A DNA stretch of 38,958 nucleotides, from contig JAYWEM010000096.1 of NCBI GenBank assembly GCA_043779265.1, positions 1 through 38,958 on the forward strand, in the 5' to 3' direction. The notes beneath the pieces are model-generated. The model ran no database searches and was not told where the DNA came from. It was given only the letters and a program-made list of their open reading frames with translations. Below, piece by piece: positions 8,459 through 17,354 of the stretch. The DNA is from a bacterium. GTDB lineage: Bacteria > Eisenbacteria > RBG-16-71-46. Made by a program: the position numbers and the translations under genes. Position 1 is the first letter of the stretch, and each line of letters opens with the position of its first letter.

Positions 8459-11400
8459 TCAGCGCCAGTCGCCCGCCGCGACGAATGCCGCCCAGTGGAA
8501 CGGGTGGGTGTCGAGCCCGCGCTGCCGGCGGTCGCGGAGCACTTCGATGCAGGCCGTTCGCACCGACTCGGCCGTGTCGGCACCGCCGATCAGTCGCGCC
8601 GTGTAGAGCTGCAGCATCCAGGCCTTTGTGGCCTGATCATCCACCGCCCACAGGCTCATGACCATGGTCCGGAGTCCCGCTCGGCGGAACGCCCTCTGGA
8701 GCCCCTGCACCGCCTCGGTCCCGCTGGGATCGGAGAGTCCCGTCTCGCACGCCGAGAGCACCGCCCACTCGGTGCCCGTCAGGTCGAGCGACGTGATCTC
8801 CTCGGCGGTCAGGAAGCCATCGTCCGCCCCCTTCTCTCCTTCGACATTCGCGCCGGCCAGTGCGAGGCCGGGAAGTTGGGCGATTCGTCGTGCCGCGCTC
8901 GGGCGGCTTCCGCTCACGACTGCACCGATTGCGCGCAGGCCGGGCCCCGATGACGCGAGTCGCTCGCCGCCCAATGCGAATCCATGTGTCGCCACATGCA
9001 ACACGCGGCGCCCCGGCGCGAGACGCTTGAAGGCCGCCTCGCTCGCAGCCACTCCGGTGAACTCGATCACATCCGTTGCATCGGCCGAGCTCGAGGCTCG
9101 CCATAGCGACGCGATCTGCCCGACCTCGGCCGCCGTCTGGGGAAGCGGCTCGAATCGAAGTCGCGTCGAGTCCGACGGGCTCGTTCGCGTGGTCGTCCCG
9201 AACGTGAGCGCAAGCGGCGTCGAAGGAGCCGAGTCCTCCGCGCGCTCGAAGTCGGCGCCACCCAGCGCCAGCAGACCACGCCCGGCTCGTTCACCTTGTC
9301 CCCACGGGAGCAGGTCGCGTTCGGCGGTCAGCCGATGGAGTGTGGCGCCGCGCTCCACCCGATAGCCGCCACGGGGATCTGGCAGCGCCATGAAATTGAC
9401 CGCGTGCAGCGCGCCGTCGGGCACGACGAACACGCGCCGCGCGCCGCTCAGGAGCAGGGCCATCGGATCGAGCGCCAGTGAACGCACCGTGAGCCCGAGG
9501 GCGGTGCAGCGACGCTCCGCTGCGAGGGCCAGCCGTGCGTCTGCGGATGGCGGCGTGGCACACGCCTCGAGCCACCGGAAGATCGCGACCTCCAGCCGAG
9601 CCGCCGTACCGAGCGAGACGATGTCCGGTGCGCTCGCTCCCGCTCGGAGCACCAGCGCCGAGTAGCGCTGCGAACTCGACCGCGAGGAATCGGACTCGAT
9701 CGACTCGTTGAGACGGTCGCCCGGGAGTTCATGCCGGATGTAGGAGATCATCGCCGTGCCAGCTGGAAGTGCAGCGGCAACGCCGGCGTAGCCCGCATCG
9801 GAGCGTTGCAGGCCGAGCCCGAAATGCGCGCTTCGATCGGCCAGGGCCCGCTCGGCTGATTCTCGCCGCTGGCGAGCCTTGGCGACGAGCGAGTCCGGCG
9901 CGCGCTCCTGGCGCAGCGTCTCGACCAGTGCGCTCGAGAGTGCTTCGCGAGCCGCCTCGAGCTCCTGGACGGATTCGGCGAGCGATGGATCGTGGCTTGG
10001 CAACGCGCGGCGCTCATCCGCCAGCTGATCCAGCACGAGAAGACGCGCGCGCATGACGGCATCGGCCAACTCGACACGGGCCTCGGGCGCGATGTCGTCC
10101 GGCCCCACCGCAAGGGCGAGCATCACGTCGAGCCCCGATGCGCGACTGCGCTCGAGCGTCAGGGCCTCATGCTCCGAGAGCGAGCGAGCGCTCTGCCGCA
10201 TCACATCGAGGCTCGCAGCCTCGAGCCGGCGGGCATCCGCCCACGCCTCGGCGTGGAGCCCACGCTCGACGCGCACCGTCGCGCGATGGGCCAGGGCATC
10301 GAGCGTGTGCGGCGACGATGGGCCGAGCAGGCTGTCCGCCAATGAGAAGGCCCGCTCGAACGAACTGAGTGCGGCGAACAGGCGGCCGTCGGCGCGGGCG
10401 ATCGCGCCCTCGACTTTCCACGCCTCGATCAGGTCGAGCGCGAGACTCCCGAAGTTCGCGGAGTCCACGAGCGAGAGGGTCCGCTCGATCTCGTGCCGAG
10501 CCTCCTCGCGCTCTCCGGTCAACAGCATGGCCTGGGCGACTCGCGTGCCGTTCCATAGGCCATAGCCCGCATGGGGCCCGAACACCTTCTCGCGAAGCAC
10601 GCGAGCTTCCTCGAGGAATCGGCGGGCGCGGACGCCGTCTCCGATACCCAGACACGCGGAGCCGAGATTGTTGAGCGCGATGGAGAGGTCGAATGGAATC
10701 TGCCTCGGAGCGCCGCGCTGGATCGCCACCGCGCGCTCGTAAAGCGGCAGGGCGCGCTCGAAGTCACCCAGATTGTTCAGGGCGCTCCCCAGCGCGGACA
10801 TGGCGACGGCCACGACCGGATGATCGGGCCCGAACAGGCGCTCGCGGATCGCCAGCGCACGCTCGGCGAATCGGCGTTGCGCCACGTAGTCGCCGGCATC
10901 CGCCGCCGCCATGGCACTCAAGAACATCGTGGTGGCCAGATCGGGGTGTTCGCCACCGAGTGCGAGTTCCTGGATCTGCGCCGCGCGCGCGTACATCGAG
11001 CGAGCGCCTTGCAGATCACCTGCCAGCGCTCGGGCCCGCGCGAGATTGCGGCACGCCTGGCCGAGTTGCAGCGAGTCGGGCTTTGCCCTCGATTCGGCGA
11101 GCTGCACGACGCGGGCGAGTTCCTCGCAGGCGCGATCCCCCTCACGGCGCTCGGCGAAAACGTTCCCGAGCGTGCCGCGCAACTGGATCTCGATCGTCGT
11201 GTCGCGCTCGACGGAGGTCTCGTGAAGGAGCAGGGCCTCAGCGACCGTGGACTCGGAACGCGCCAACTGCTTGCTGACGCGTCGCGACTCGGCGAGCCAC
11301 GCGAGCGTCCGGACGACCGGCAGCACCTCCGGCCGGCGTTCGGATCGGCGAAGGGCGAGCGTGCGCGTGAAGATCGAGTCAGCGGCCGGGTACTCAGCGC

Positions 11401-11659
11401 GAGCCAGCCGGATGCGTCCGAGCAGCTCGAGGACATCGGCGGCATCAGCCGGACGAACACGCGGGTCCTCCGAGCGGCGCGCTGCGAGGCGCTCGGCGAG
11501 CGCGAGCAGCCCAGGGTCCGTCGGGCGGAGCGAGACGAACTGCGCTTTCAGTTGGGGCAGCGAGTCGGGTACGGCTCGCGCGCACCAGCCGGTTCCGGGC
11601 AGCACCGAGCCGAGCAGCATCACCACCAGGATCTGCGCACAGCCGAGGCGGGGTCTCAC
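8459..11659 (-). CDS. TPR-repeat CHAT-domain (caspase-like) protease with predicted signal peptide
   Basis: Multiple long TPRs (HPDLATT, HPVVAVA, IALNNLG). CHAT motifs VVPDGAL, LHVATHGF (His), VLSACETG (Cys), SLWAVDD and HPFHWAAF. Hydrophobic N-terminus. Confidence 0.93.
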   Translation of the reverse strand: MRPRLGCAQILVVMLLGSVLPGTGWCARAVPDSLPQLKAQFVSLRPTDPGLLALAERLAARRSEDPRVRPADAADVLELLGRIRLARAEYPAADSIFTRTLALRRSERRPEVLPVVRTLAWLAESRRVSKQLARSESTVAEALLLHETSVERDTTIEIQLRGTLGNVFAERREGDRACEELARVVQLAESRAKPDSLQLGQACRNLARARALAGDLQGARSMYARAAQIQELALGGEHPDLATTMFLSAMAAADAGDYVAQRRFAERALAIRERLFGPDHPVVAVAMSALGSALNNLGDFERALPLYERAVAIQRGAPRQIPFDLSIALNNLGSACLGIGDGVRARRFLEEARVLREKVFGPHAGYGLWNGTRVAQAMLLTGEREEARHEIERTLSLVDSANFGSLALDLIEAWKVEGAIARADGRLFAALSSFERAFSLADSLLGPSSPHTLDALAHRATVRVERGLHAEAWADARRLEAASLDVMRQSARSLSEHEALTLERSRASGLDVMLALAVGPDDIAPEARVELADAVMRARLLVLDQLADERRALPSHDPSLAESVQELEAAREALSSALVETLRQERAPDSLVAKARQRRESAERALADRSAHFGLGLQRSDAGYAGVAAALPAGTAMISYIRHELPGDRLNESIESDSSRSSSQRYSALVLRAGASAPDIVSLGTAARLEVAIFRWLEACATPPSADARLALAAERRCTALGLTVRSLALDPMALLLSGARRVFVVPDGALHAVNFMALPDPRGGYRVERGATLHRLTAERDLLPWGQGERAGRGLLALGGADFERAEDSAPSTPLALTFGTTTRTSPSDSTRLRFEPLPQTAAEVGQIASLWRASSSADATDVIEFTGVAASEAAFKRLAPGRRVLHVATHGFALGGERLASSGPGLRAIGAVVSGSRPSAARRIAQLPGLALAGANVEGEKGADDGFLTAEEITSLDLTGTEWAVLSACETGLSDPSGTEAVQGLQRAFRRAGLRTMVMSLWAVDDQATKAWMLQLYTARLIGGADTAESVRTACIEVLRDRRQRGLDTHPFHWAAFVAAGDWR

Positions 11660-11699
11660 GGGGCGTTCGCCTCATCGTCACCCGCCAGGACGCGCGGGG

Positions 11700-13514
11700 T
11701 CAGGGGACCGGGTTCTCCAGCACCAGCAGTCTCATCCAGACCGCGCGTCCCTCGGATGAGGTCGCCAAGTCGCGAGCGAGTGCCGAAAGGATGCCCGTTC
11801 GATCGCTCTGCTGCAATGACGCAGACTTCCGCACTCCCCCCACGCCGCGAAGGCGCGCGAGCGCATCGGCGGGCAGCGTCCGATAGGCGACCGGGGCATC
11901 CGCCGCTGCCTCCGGGATGGCAGCCACCGCCTCGGCCACCGGCGCGAGCGGCTTCCGGGAGGCCAGCAAGAGGAAGGTCTCGCGCCCACCCGCACTCGTC
12001 ACCTGCCACGTCAGTTGGCCTGCGCCGTCGCGGCCTGGCAGGCGATGCGGCGTCGCGGCGGCCAATGGATTGCCCGAGCCTCTTCCCGACAGCGGGAACA
12101 GCACGAACACCGCGCCGGTCTCATCCTCGCTCAACACGTACACGTGCACGATCTCTCTCGAATCCAGCTCGAGCGCCAGTTCGTCGCCGGGTGCGACCAG
12201 GTCCCCACTGCGCAGCACTTCGCGAGAACCCGCCGTGACTCGCAGCAGCGCGGCCGCCACCTCGGGCGCCCCCGCGGTCGCCACCGCCGGTGTGGCAGGG
12301 GTCGAGGTCGGTGAGGCTTCACTTGCGATGACATCGTCCGACAGCACGGTCGCAGGAGGCGCGCCCACGTTCGACTCGCGGCCAGCACGAGTGGCGAGCA
12401 GGGCCACCACCACGATCGCGGCCGCGGCCAGTCCCGCCAACGTCAGCCGGGAGCGGCGTCCAGCGCCGACGACTTCGTCCGCGTCCACAGCTTCGGGAGC
12501 CGCGATCGCCCGGGCGAGTGAACGCTCGAACTCGGCCATCGTCGCGAAGCGCCGCGCGCGATCGGGGTCGCAGGCGCGCTCGACCACCTCGACCATCGCC
12601 GCCGGTAGATCCGTGCGCGCATCCCGAAGCGAGACACGCTCACCGCGCTCGAGCCGTCCGCGCATCTCGTCGATCGAGCCAGGCTCGATCGGGTAGCGCG
12701 CCGTGAGCAGTCGGTAGAGCACGATGCCGAGCGAGTACACATCCGAACGCACATCCGGCGCCTCGCCGGCCAGCACCTCGGGTGCCATGAACAGCGGCGT
12801 CCCATAGGCGATCAGGTCGGTGACGCGCGCATCCTGAGCGCTGCCGAAGTCCATCAGCACGATTCGGCCCGAGCGACTCGCCGAGCCGGAAGCGGAGCCG
12901 CCTTCTCGCATCACGTTGCGCGTTGTGACGTCCCCGTGCAGCAGCCCGGTCGCGTGCACCGCCGCGAGTGCACTGCAAAGATCGGCCCCGACACCGGCGG
13001 CCTCTCGTGGCCCCAGCGGTCCCTGCGACGTGATCCACTGTTCGAGCGTGCTGCCGTCGATCAACTCGGTCCACAGCCCCGCGCGGCCCTCGTGCTCGTC
13101 CGCCCCCAGGATCGAGAGGACATGCGGATGGCGCACCCGAGCGAGCCGGCGAGCCTCCTCGATCCAGCGCGACGTGCCGAACGAGGGCACCCCCAAGTCG
13201 GCGCGGCGCAGCTTGAGCGCCACCTCTCGCTGCAGCGTCGGGTCCCAGGCCCGATGGATCTCGGCGAACGAGCCCTCACCGATCCGCTCGAGCGCCTGCA
13301 GCGTCCCCCACGTGAACAGCACGCCCGATGGGACGGCTTCGCGGGCACTCGTCAGCGCCGCCTGCAGCGCGGCGATCTCCTGCAATCGCGCCAGTACCGG
13401 GCGTCGTTCGGGCGTGCGGACCTGCTCACGCTCCCAGTCGACGGGCGTGCGATCGGCGACGGCACCCGCCACGTCCACCAGAGGCGCATCCGCTTCGGGT
13501 GTTTCGTCAGCCAC
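11700..13514 (-). CDS. Membrane Ser/Thr kinase with C-terminal DUF4384-like extracytoplasmic domain
   Basis: IGEGSF, VALK, HGDVTTRN, DFG, GTPLFMAPE and SDVYSLG; one TM helix (LTLAGLAAAAIVVVALLA); C-terminal PGDELALEL..VYVL..GAVFVLFP..GRETFLLLAS resembling DUF4384. Start overlaps the ECF stop. Confidence 0.9.
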   Translation of the reverse strand: MADETPEADAPLVDVAGAVADRTPVDWEREQVRTPERRPVLARLQEIAALQAALTSAREAVPSGVLFTWGTLQALERIGEGSFAEIHRAWDPTLQREVALKLRRADLGVPSFGTSRWIEEARRLARVRHPHVLSILGADEHEGRAGLWTELIDGSTLEQWITSQGPLGPREAAGVGADLCSALAAVHATGLLHGDVTTRNVMREGGSASGSASRSGRIVLMDFGSAQDARVTDLIAYGTPLFMAPEVLAGEAPDVRSDVYSLGIVLYRLLTARYPIEPGSIDEMRGRLERGERVSLRDARTDLPAAMVEVVERACDPDRARRFATMAEFERSLARAIAAPEAVDADEVVGAGRRSRLTLAGLAAAAIVVVALLATRAGRESNVGAPPATVLSDDVIASEASPTSTPATPAVATAGAPEVAAALLRVTAGSREVLRSGDLVAPGDELALELDSREIVHVYVLSEDETGAVFVLFPLSGRGSGNPLAAATPHRLPGRDGAGQLTWQVTSAGGRETFLLLASRKPLAPVAEAVAAIPEAAADAPVAYRTLPADALARLRGVGGVRKSASLQQSDRTGILSALARDLATSSEGRAVWMRLLVLENPVP

Positions 13515-14082
13515 GGGGCTCCTCCATCGTCGCGGCGAGTTGGGCGATCGCCCGTGCCACCATCATGCGAGCCGCGTTCGCGGTGCTCTTGCCCGCCGCC
13601 TCGGCGATCTGCTCGTAGCTGCATCCCATCTCGACGCGCATGAACACCGCCTCCTGCTGTTCCTCGCTCAGGCGGTCGAAGGCCGCCTCGTAGCGATCGA
13701 GCATGTCCCTGCCCAGAGCGGACTCGAGCGGTGAAGGCCCCGGGTCCTGCAGCCCCTCGCCGATCTCCTCCTGCTGCCCCCGGGTCGCCGCCCGAGCGAT
13801 CTCGTCGCGCATGGCGTTGATGAGGATGCGCCGGAGGTAGGCGAGGAACGCCCCCTCGTGGCGGGGCTCGAACCTCTCCAATTGCTTCAACACCCTGAGC
13901 ATCGTGATCTGCACAAGATCATCGGTGTCGGCGAATCCCCGAGCCTTGGCGGGCAGCCGCCCATGCGCCCATCGGCGCAACTGGGGCAGGTAGCGCTGGA
14001 GCAGCCGATCGCGCGCGGCCTCGTCCCCCCCGCGGATACGCTGCAGGAGGACCGCGGTGGACTCGGGGCTCGAGGGGTTCAT
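13507..14082 (-). CDS. ECF sigma factor of the kinase-associated type
   Basis: GDEAARDRLLQRY, DTDDLVQ and FLAYLRRILIN..RD (sigma2); LSEEQQEAV..SYEQIAE (sigma4); 191 aa. Confidence 0.93.
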   Translation of the reverse strand: MNPSSPESTAVLLQRIRGGDEAARDRLLQRYLPQLRRWAHGRLPAKARGFADTDDLVQITMLRVLKQLERFEPRHEGAFLAYLRRILINAMRDEIARAATRGQQEEIGEGLQDPGPSPLESALGRDMLDRYEAAFDRLSEEQQEAVFMRVEMGCSYEQIAEAAGKSTANAARMMVARAIAQLAATMEEPRG

Positions 14083-14091
14083 GGGCCCCGG

Positions 14092-14120
14092 AGTGTAGGA
14101 ACCAGAAGGGGTTACGACAA
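14092..14120 (-). promoter_or_regulatory. Sigma70-type promoter of the ECF gene (near-leaderless)
   Basis: TTGTCG-N17-TACACT on the minus strand, ending 9 nt before ATG 14082; no SD. Confidence 0.6.
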
Positions 14121-14228
14121 ACCGGCGCGAGGCCGCAGGCGGAGCGCTAGACTGCCGCGGCGCGAGGCTGCCCCCTCGCCGCTCTCGGACTGTTCGCAGC
14201 GGTCATTTCCTCGCATCGGGAGGCTGTC

Positions 14229-15863
14229 ATGATCCGTCGATCCGCCGCCTTGCTCGGCCTTGCGCTGCTCGGCGCTTGCGCCCCTTCGAACCCCGCAGGC
14301 GAGTTCTACGACATCGGCAGCGTCCACCGTGTGGTGACGACCTCATCGAAGACAGCGCAGGTGTGGTTCGATCGCGGACTCGCGATGTGCTTCGGATTCA
14401 ACCACGAAGAGGCGATCCGCTGCTTCGATCGGATGATCGAACTCGACTCCGAGAGCCCGATGGCCCACTGGGGGCGTGCGTACGCGCATGGCCCCCATGT
14501 CAACAATCCGGTCATGGACTCGACGGCGTCATTGCAGGCCTTCGAGTCGGCGCAGAGGGCGAAGGCGCTGCTCGCGACGGCGACCGCGATCGAGCGCGAA
14601 CTGATCGAGGCGCTGCTCGAGCGCTACGCCTGGCCAGCACCCGAGGACCGCTCGGAACTCGAAGCCCGCTACGCCGAGGCGATGCGTGCGGTGTACTCGC
14701 GGCACCCGGATGACGCCGACATCGCGGCGCTGTTCGCCGAGTCCCTGCTCGACCTGCACCCATGGAAGTGGTGGAGCAAGGCGGGCGAGCCGCTGCCGGA
14801 GGTCCTCGAGGCCATCGCCGTGATCGAGAAGGGAATGGGCGTCTGGCCGCAGCACCCGGCGCTGAACCACCTGTACATCCATGCCGTCGAGATGTCGCCG
14901 GATGTCGAACGCGCGCGCGAAGCGGCGGACCGGCTGAGAACGCTCGTGCCGGGCGCAGGGCATCTGGTCCACATGCCCTCGCACATCGATGTGCTGCGCG
15001 GCGATTACCCGGCGGCCATCCAGGCGAACCAACTTGCGCTGCGGGCCGATCGCGACTTCACGGCGAAGCAGGGTGGCATGAACTTCTACACGCTCTACCG
15101 CGTGCACAACTACCATTTCGTAGCCTACGCGGCGATGTTCGATGGTCAGAGCCAAGTGGCCATGGCCGCCGCGCGTGAACTGGTGAGCGAGATCCCTGCC
15201 GACCTGCTCGCGATGTGGCCGGACTTCCTCGAGGCGTTCGTGGGGATGCCGCTGCACGTGATGGTGCGATTCGGCCAGTGGGACACGATCCTCGCCGAGC
15301 CGGCGCCGCCGGCCGACCACTACGTGACCACCGCTTTCTGGCACTACGCACGTGGCCTCGCGTTCTCGTCACTCGATCGGGTGAAGGAGGCTGAGGGCGA
15401 GCGTGCCGCATTCGCCATGGCGTTCAAGGCGGTGCCCGAGTCTCGACTCCTGTTCAACAACTCGGCGACCCAGATCCTGGGCATCGCCGAGTCGATGCTG
15501 AACGGCGAGGTCGAGTTCCGAAGAGGGAACACGAAGAAGGCTTTCGCGCACCTGCGCGAAGCGGTGGTCCGGGACGATGGGCTCAGCTACGACGAACCAT
15601 GGGGTTGGGCGCAGCCCGCGCGGCATCCGCTCGGAGCGCTACTGATGGAGCAGGGGCTCGTCGACGAGGCGGCACGCGTCTATCGCGAGGATCTCGCACG
15701 CCGACCGAACAACCCGTGGTCTCTGCACGGACTCTCGGAGTGCCTCGCGATGCAGGGTCGCTCGACCGAGTCGGACTCCCTGCGGACGCAGTTGAAGTCC
15801 GCACTCGCCCGCGCGGATGTCGAGATCCGCGGCTCGTGCTACTGCCGCCGACCGAGGAGCTGA
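14229..15863 (+). CDS. Uncharacterised TPR-like lipoprotein with His-rich motifs
   Basis: SD GGGAGG; lipobox LGA-C; AQVWFDRGL..FNHEEA, HLYIHAVE, HLVHMPSHID, HNYHF, YDEPWGW and C-terminal SCYC. Confidence 0.88.
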   Translation: MIRRSAALLGLALLGACAPSNPAGEFYDIGSVHRVVTTSSKTAQVWFDRGLAMCFGFNHEEAIRCFDRMIELDSESPMAHWGRAYAHGPHVNNPVMDSTASLQAFESAQRAKALLATATAIERELIEALLERYAWPAPEDRSELEARYAEAMRAVYSRHPDDADIAALFAESLLDLHPWKWWSKAGEPLPEVLEAIAVIEKGMGVWPQHPALNHLYIHAVEMSPDVERAREAADRLRTLVPGAGHLVHMPSHIDVLRGDYPAAIQANQLALRADRDFTAKQGGMNFYTLYRVHNYHFVAYAAMFDGQSQVAMAAARELVSEIPADLLAMWPDFLEAFVGMPLHVMVRFGQWDTILAEPAPPADHYVTTAFWHYARGLAFSSLDRVKEAEGERAAFAMAFKAVPESRLLFNNSATQILGIAESMLNGEVEFRRGNTKKAFAHLREAVVRDDGLSYDEPWGWAQPARHPLGALLMEQGLVDEAARVYREDLARRPNNPWSLHGLSECLAMQGRSTESDSLRTQLKSALARADVEIRGSCYCRRPRS

Positions 15864-15909
15864 GCGGCTGGCCCGAGCAGCACGAGGCGCAGCGCGAGCG
15901 TGCTGCGTG

Positions 15910-17325
15910 TCAGCGCAGCACGACCAGGCGGCCCCGCGCCTCGGCGCGCACGCCGTTGGCCGCGTGCAGCACGACGCGATAGAGCAGGATGCCGGCACGC
16001 CGGTCGCTCGCCCCATCCCACTCGAGCACGCCTCGGCTCCCGGGCCCGACCTCGCGATCGGCCGCGTGGAGCAACCGTCCCATGGAGTCGAACAGCTCCC
16101 AGCGAACGCGCCCAGCGGCCGATGTGGCGAAGATGATCGCCGGGGACCCCGAGGGGTTCCGCAGCGGCGAGGCCGAGAGCAGGACTGTCGACGAGCCCGG
16201 GGCCACGCTGACGCGGGTCGTCAGTTCGATCTGATCGGCACCTCGGTCCGTGTGAGCCACGGCGCCGGTCGGACGCGGATCCTTCTCGATGTCGTCCACC
16301 ACCGCTACATCCGGGTAGGCATTCGGCGGTGTGAAGCCATAGTGGGTGGCATCGAGATGAAGCGGGCCACCGGGGACGAGGCGATAGAAGTCGGCGTTGT
16401 CGTCATAGGGTGGCCCGGAAGCCCAATCGAGCGCCACGAATGCCGGAGCCGCGCTCGCCTTGGGCAGCACGAGCGATGGCGGCGCCGTGCCGAGGATCGA
16501 CTGGGCGCCGAGCGCCGCCGTCTCGTCCGAGCCCGGCGTGGCGAACGCCACATTGTGCGAGGTGACCACGGTGGGTCCCGCGCCCGCCACCTGCGTGCGA
16601 TAGCCCGTGGGCTCGGGAACCAGCGAGGCGTGGTTCACCGCGACGTTATTGCGAAGCAGGATCAGTGGCCCGACGATCGCGGCGTCGATCCGGATACCGT
16701 GAACGCGATAGTCCGAGAGGACGTTGTTGTAGAGCCGCACCGAGTTCGTCGGATCGATGAATCCGAGCACATCGATGGCACGGTCGAACAGGCCCGGCTG
16801 CCGGGCGAAGAGGATGTTGTTCCGCAGCATGACGTTGGTGGGGTAATTGATGAACACGTTGGAATATCCCGGGAGACCGGGCGTCGGGGCATTGGTGCCG
16901 ATACGGCATCGCTCGATCGTCACGCTCTCACCGGTCAGGATCGTCACGAGGTGATTCACGTTCGTCACATTGCGAAGGATGTCCAGATCCTGGAGCGTGA
17001 CGTGACCCGCATTGGTGATGGACAGGACCGTCACGGTCGGCGCGTTGCTCACGATCGTCGCGCGGTCGAGGCCCGCGGCAGGCCGAATGACCAGCCGTCG
17101 CCCAGCGCCGAACGCATTCCCGATGGCCACGTTCTCCGACGTCGTGACCGGCGAGACACTGATGGTGATCTCATTGTCCACATCGACGCTCAGCGCCGCG
17201 GCGGCGACCGCGAGTTGCAACGTCGCATGCGTCCCCGGCACATCCAGAGCAAGCGGGTGACCGGTCTCCGGCAGACCGATCGTCAACCCGAGTACAGTCG
17301 CAGCCGCACCGATGAGCCGTCTCAC
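15910..17325 (-). CDS. Secreted right-handed beta-helix protein with C-terminal sorting-like domain
   Basis: Likely GTG start at 17325 (SD GAGGAGG); signal peptide; VPGTHATLQ.A start motif; Asn-ladder repeats (LRNNIL, LYNNVL, LRNNVA); DDIEKDPRP..DRGADQ; C-terminal RNP..LFDSMGR..WDG domain. Confidence 0.82.
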   Translation of the reverse strand: MRRLIGAAATVLGLTIGLPETGHPLALDVPGTHATLQLAVAAAALSVDVDNEITISVSPVTTSENVAIGNAFGAGRRLVIRPAAGLDRATIVSNAPTVTVLSITNAGHVTLQDLDILRNVTNVNHLVTILTGESVTIERCRIGTNAPTPGLPGYSNVFINYPTNVMLRNNILFARQPGLFDRAIDVLGFIDPTNSVRLYNNVLSDYRVHGIRIDAAIVGPLILLRNNVAVNHASLVPEPTGYRTQVAGAGPTVVTSHNVAFATPGSDETAALGAQSILGTAPPSLVLPKASAAPAFVALDWASGPPYDDNADFYRLVPGGPLHLDATHYGFTPPNAYPDVAVVDDIEKDPRPTGAVAHTDRGADQIELTTRVSVAPGSSTVLLSASPLRNPSGSPAIIFATSAAGRVRWELFDSMGRLLHAADREVGPGSRGVLEWDGASDRRAGILLYRVVLHAANGVRAEARGRLVVLR

Positions 17326-17354
17326 CGCGCCTCCTCGAATCAAGCCGCCCGTGA

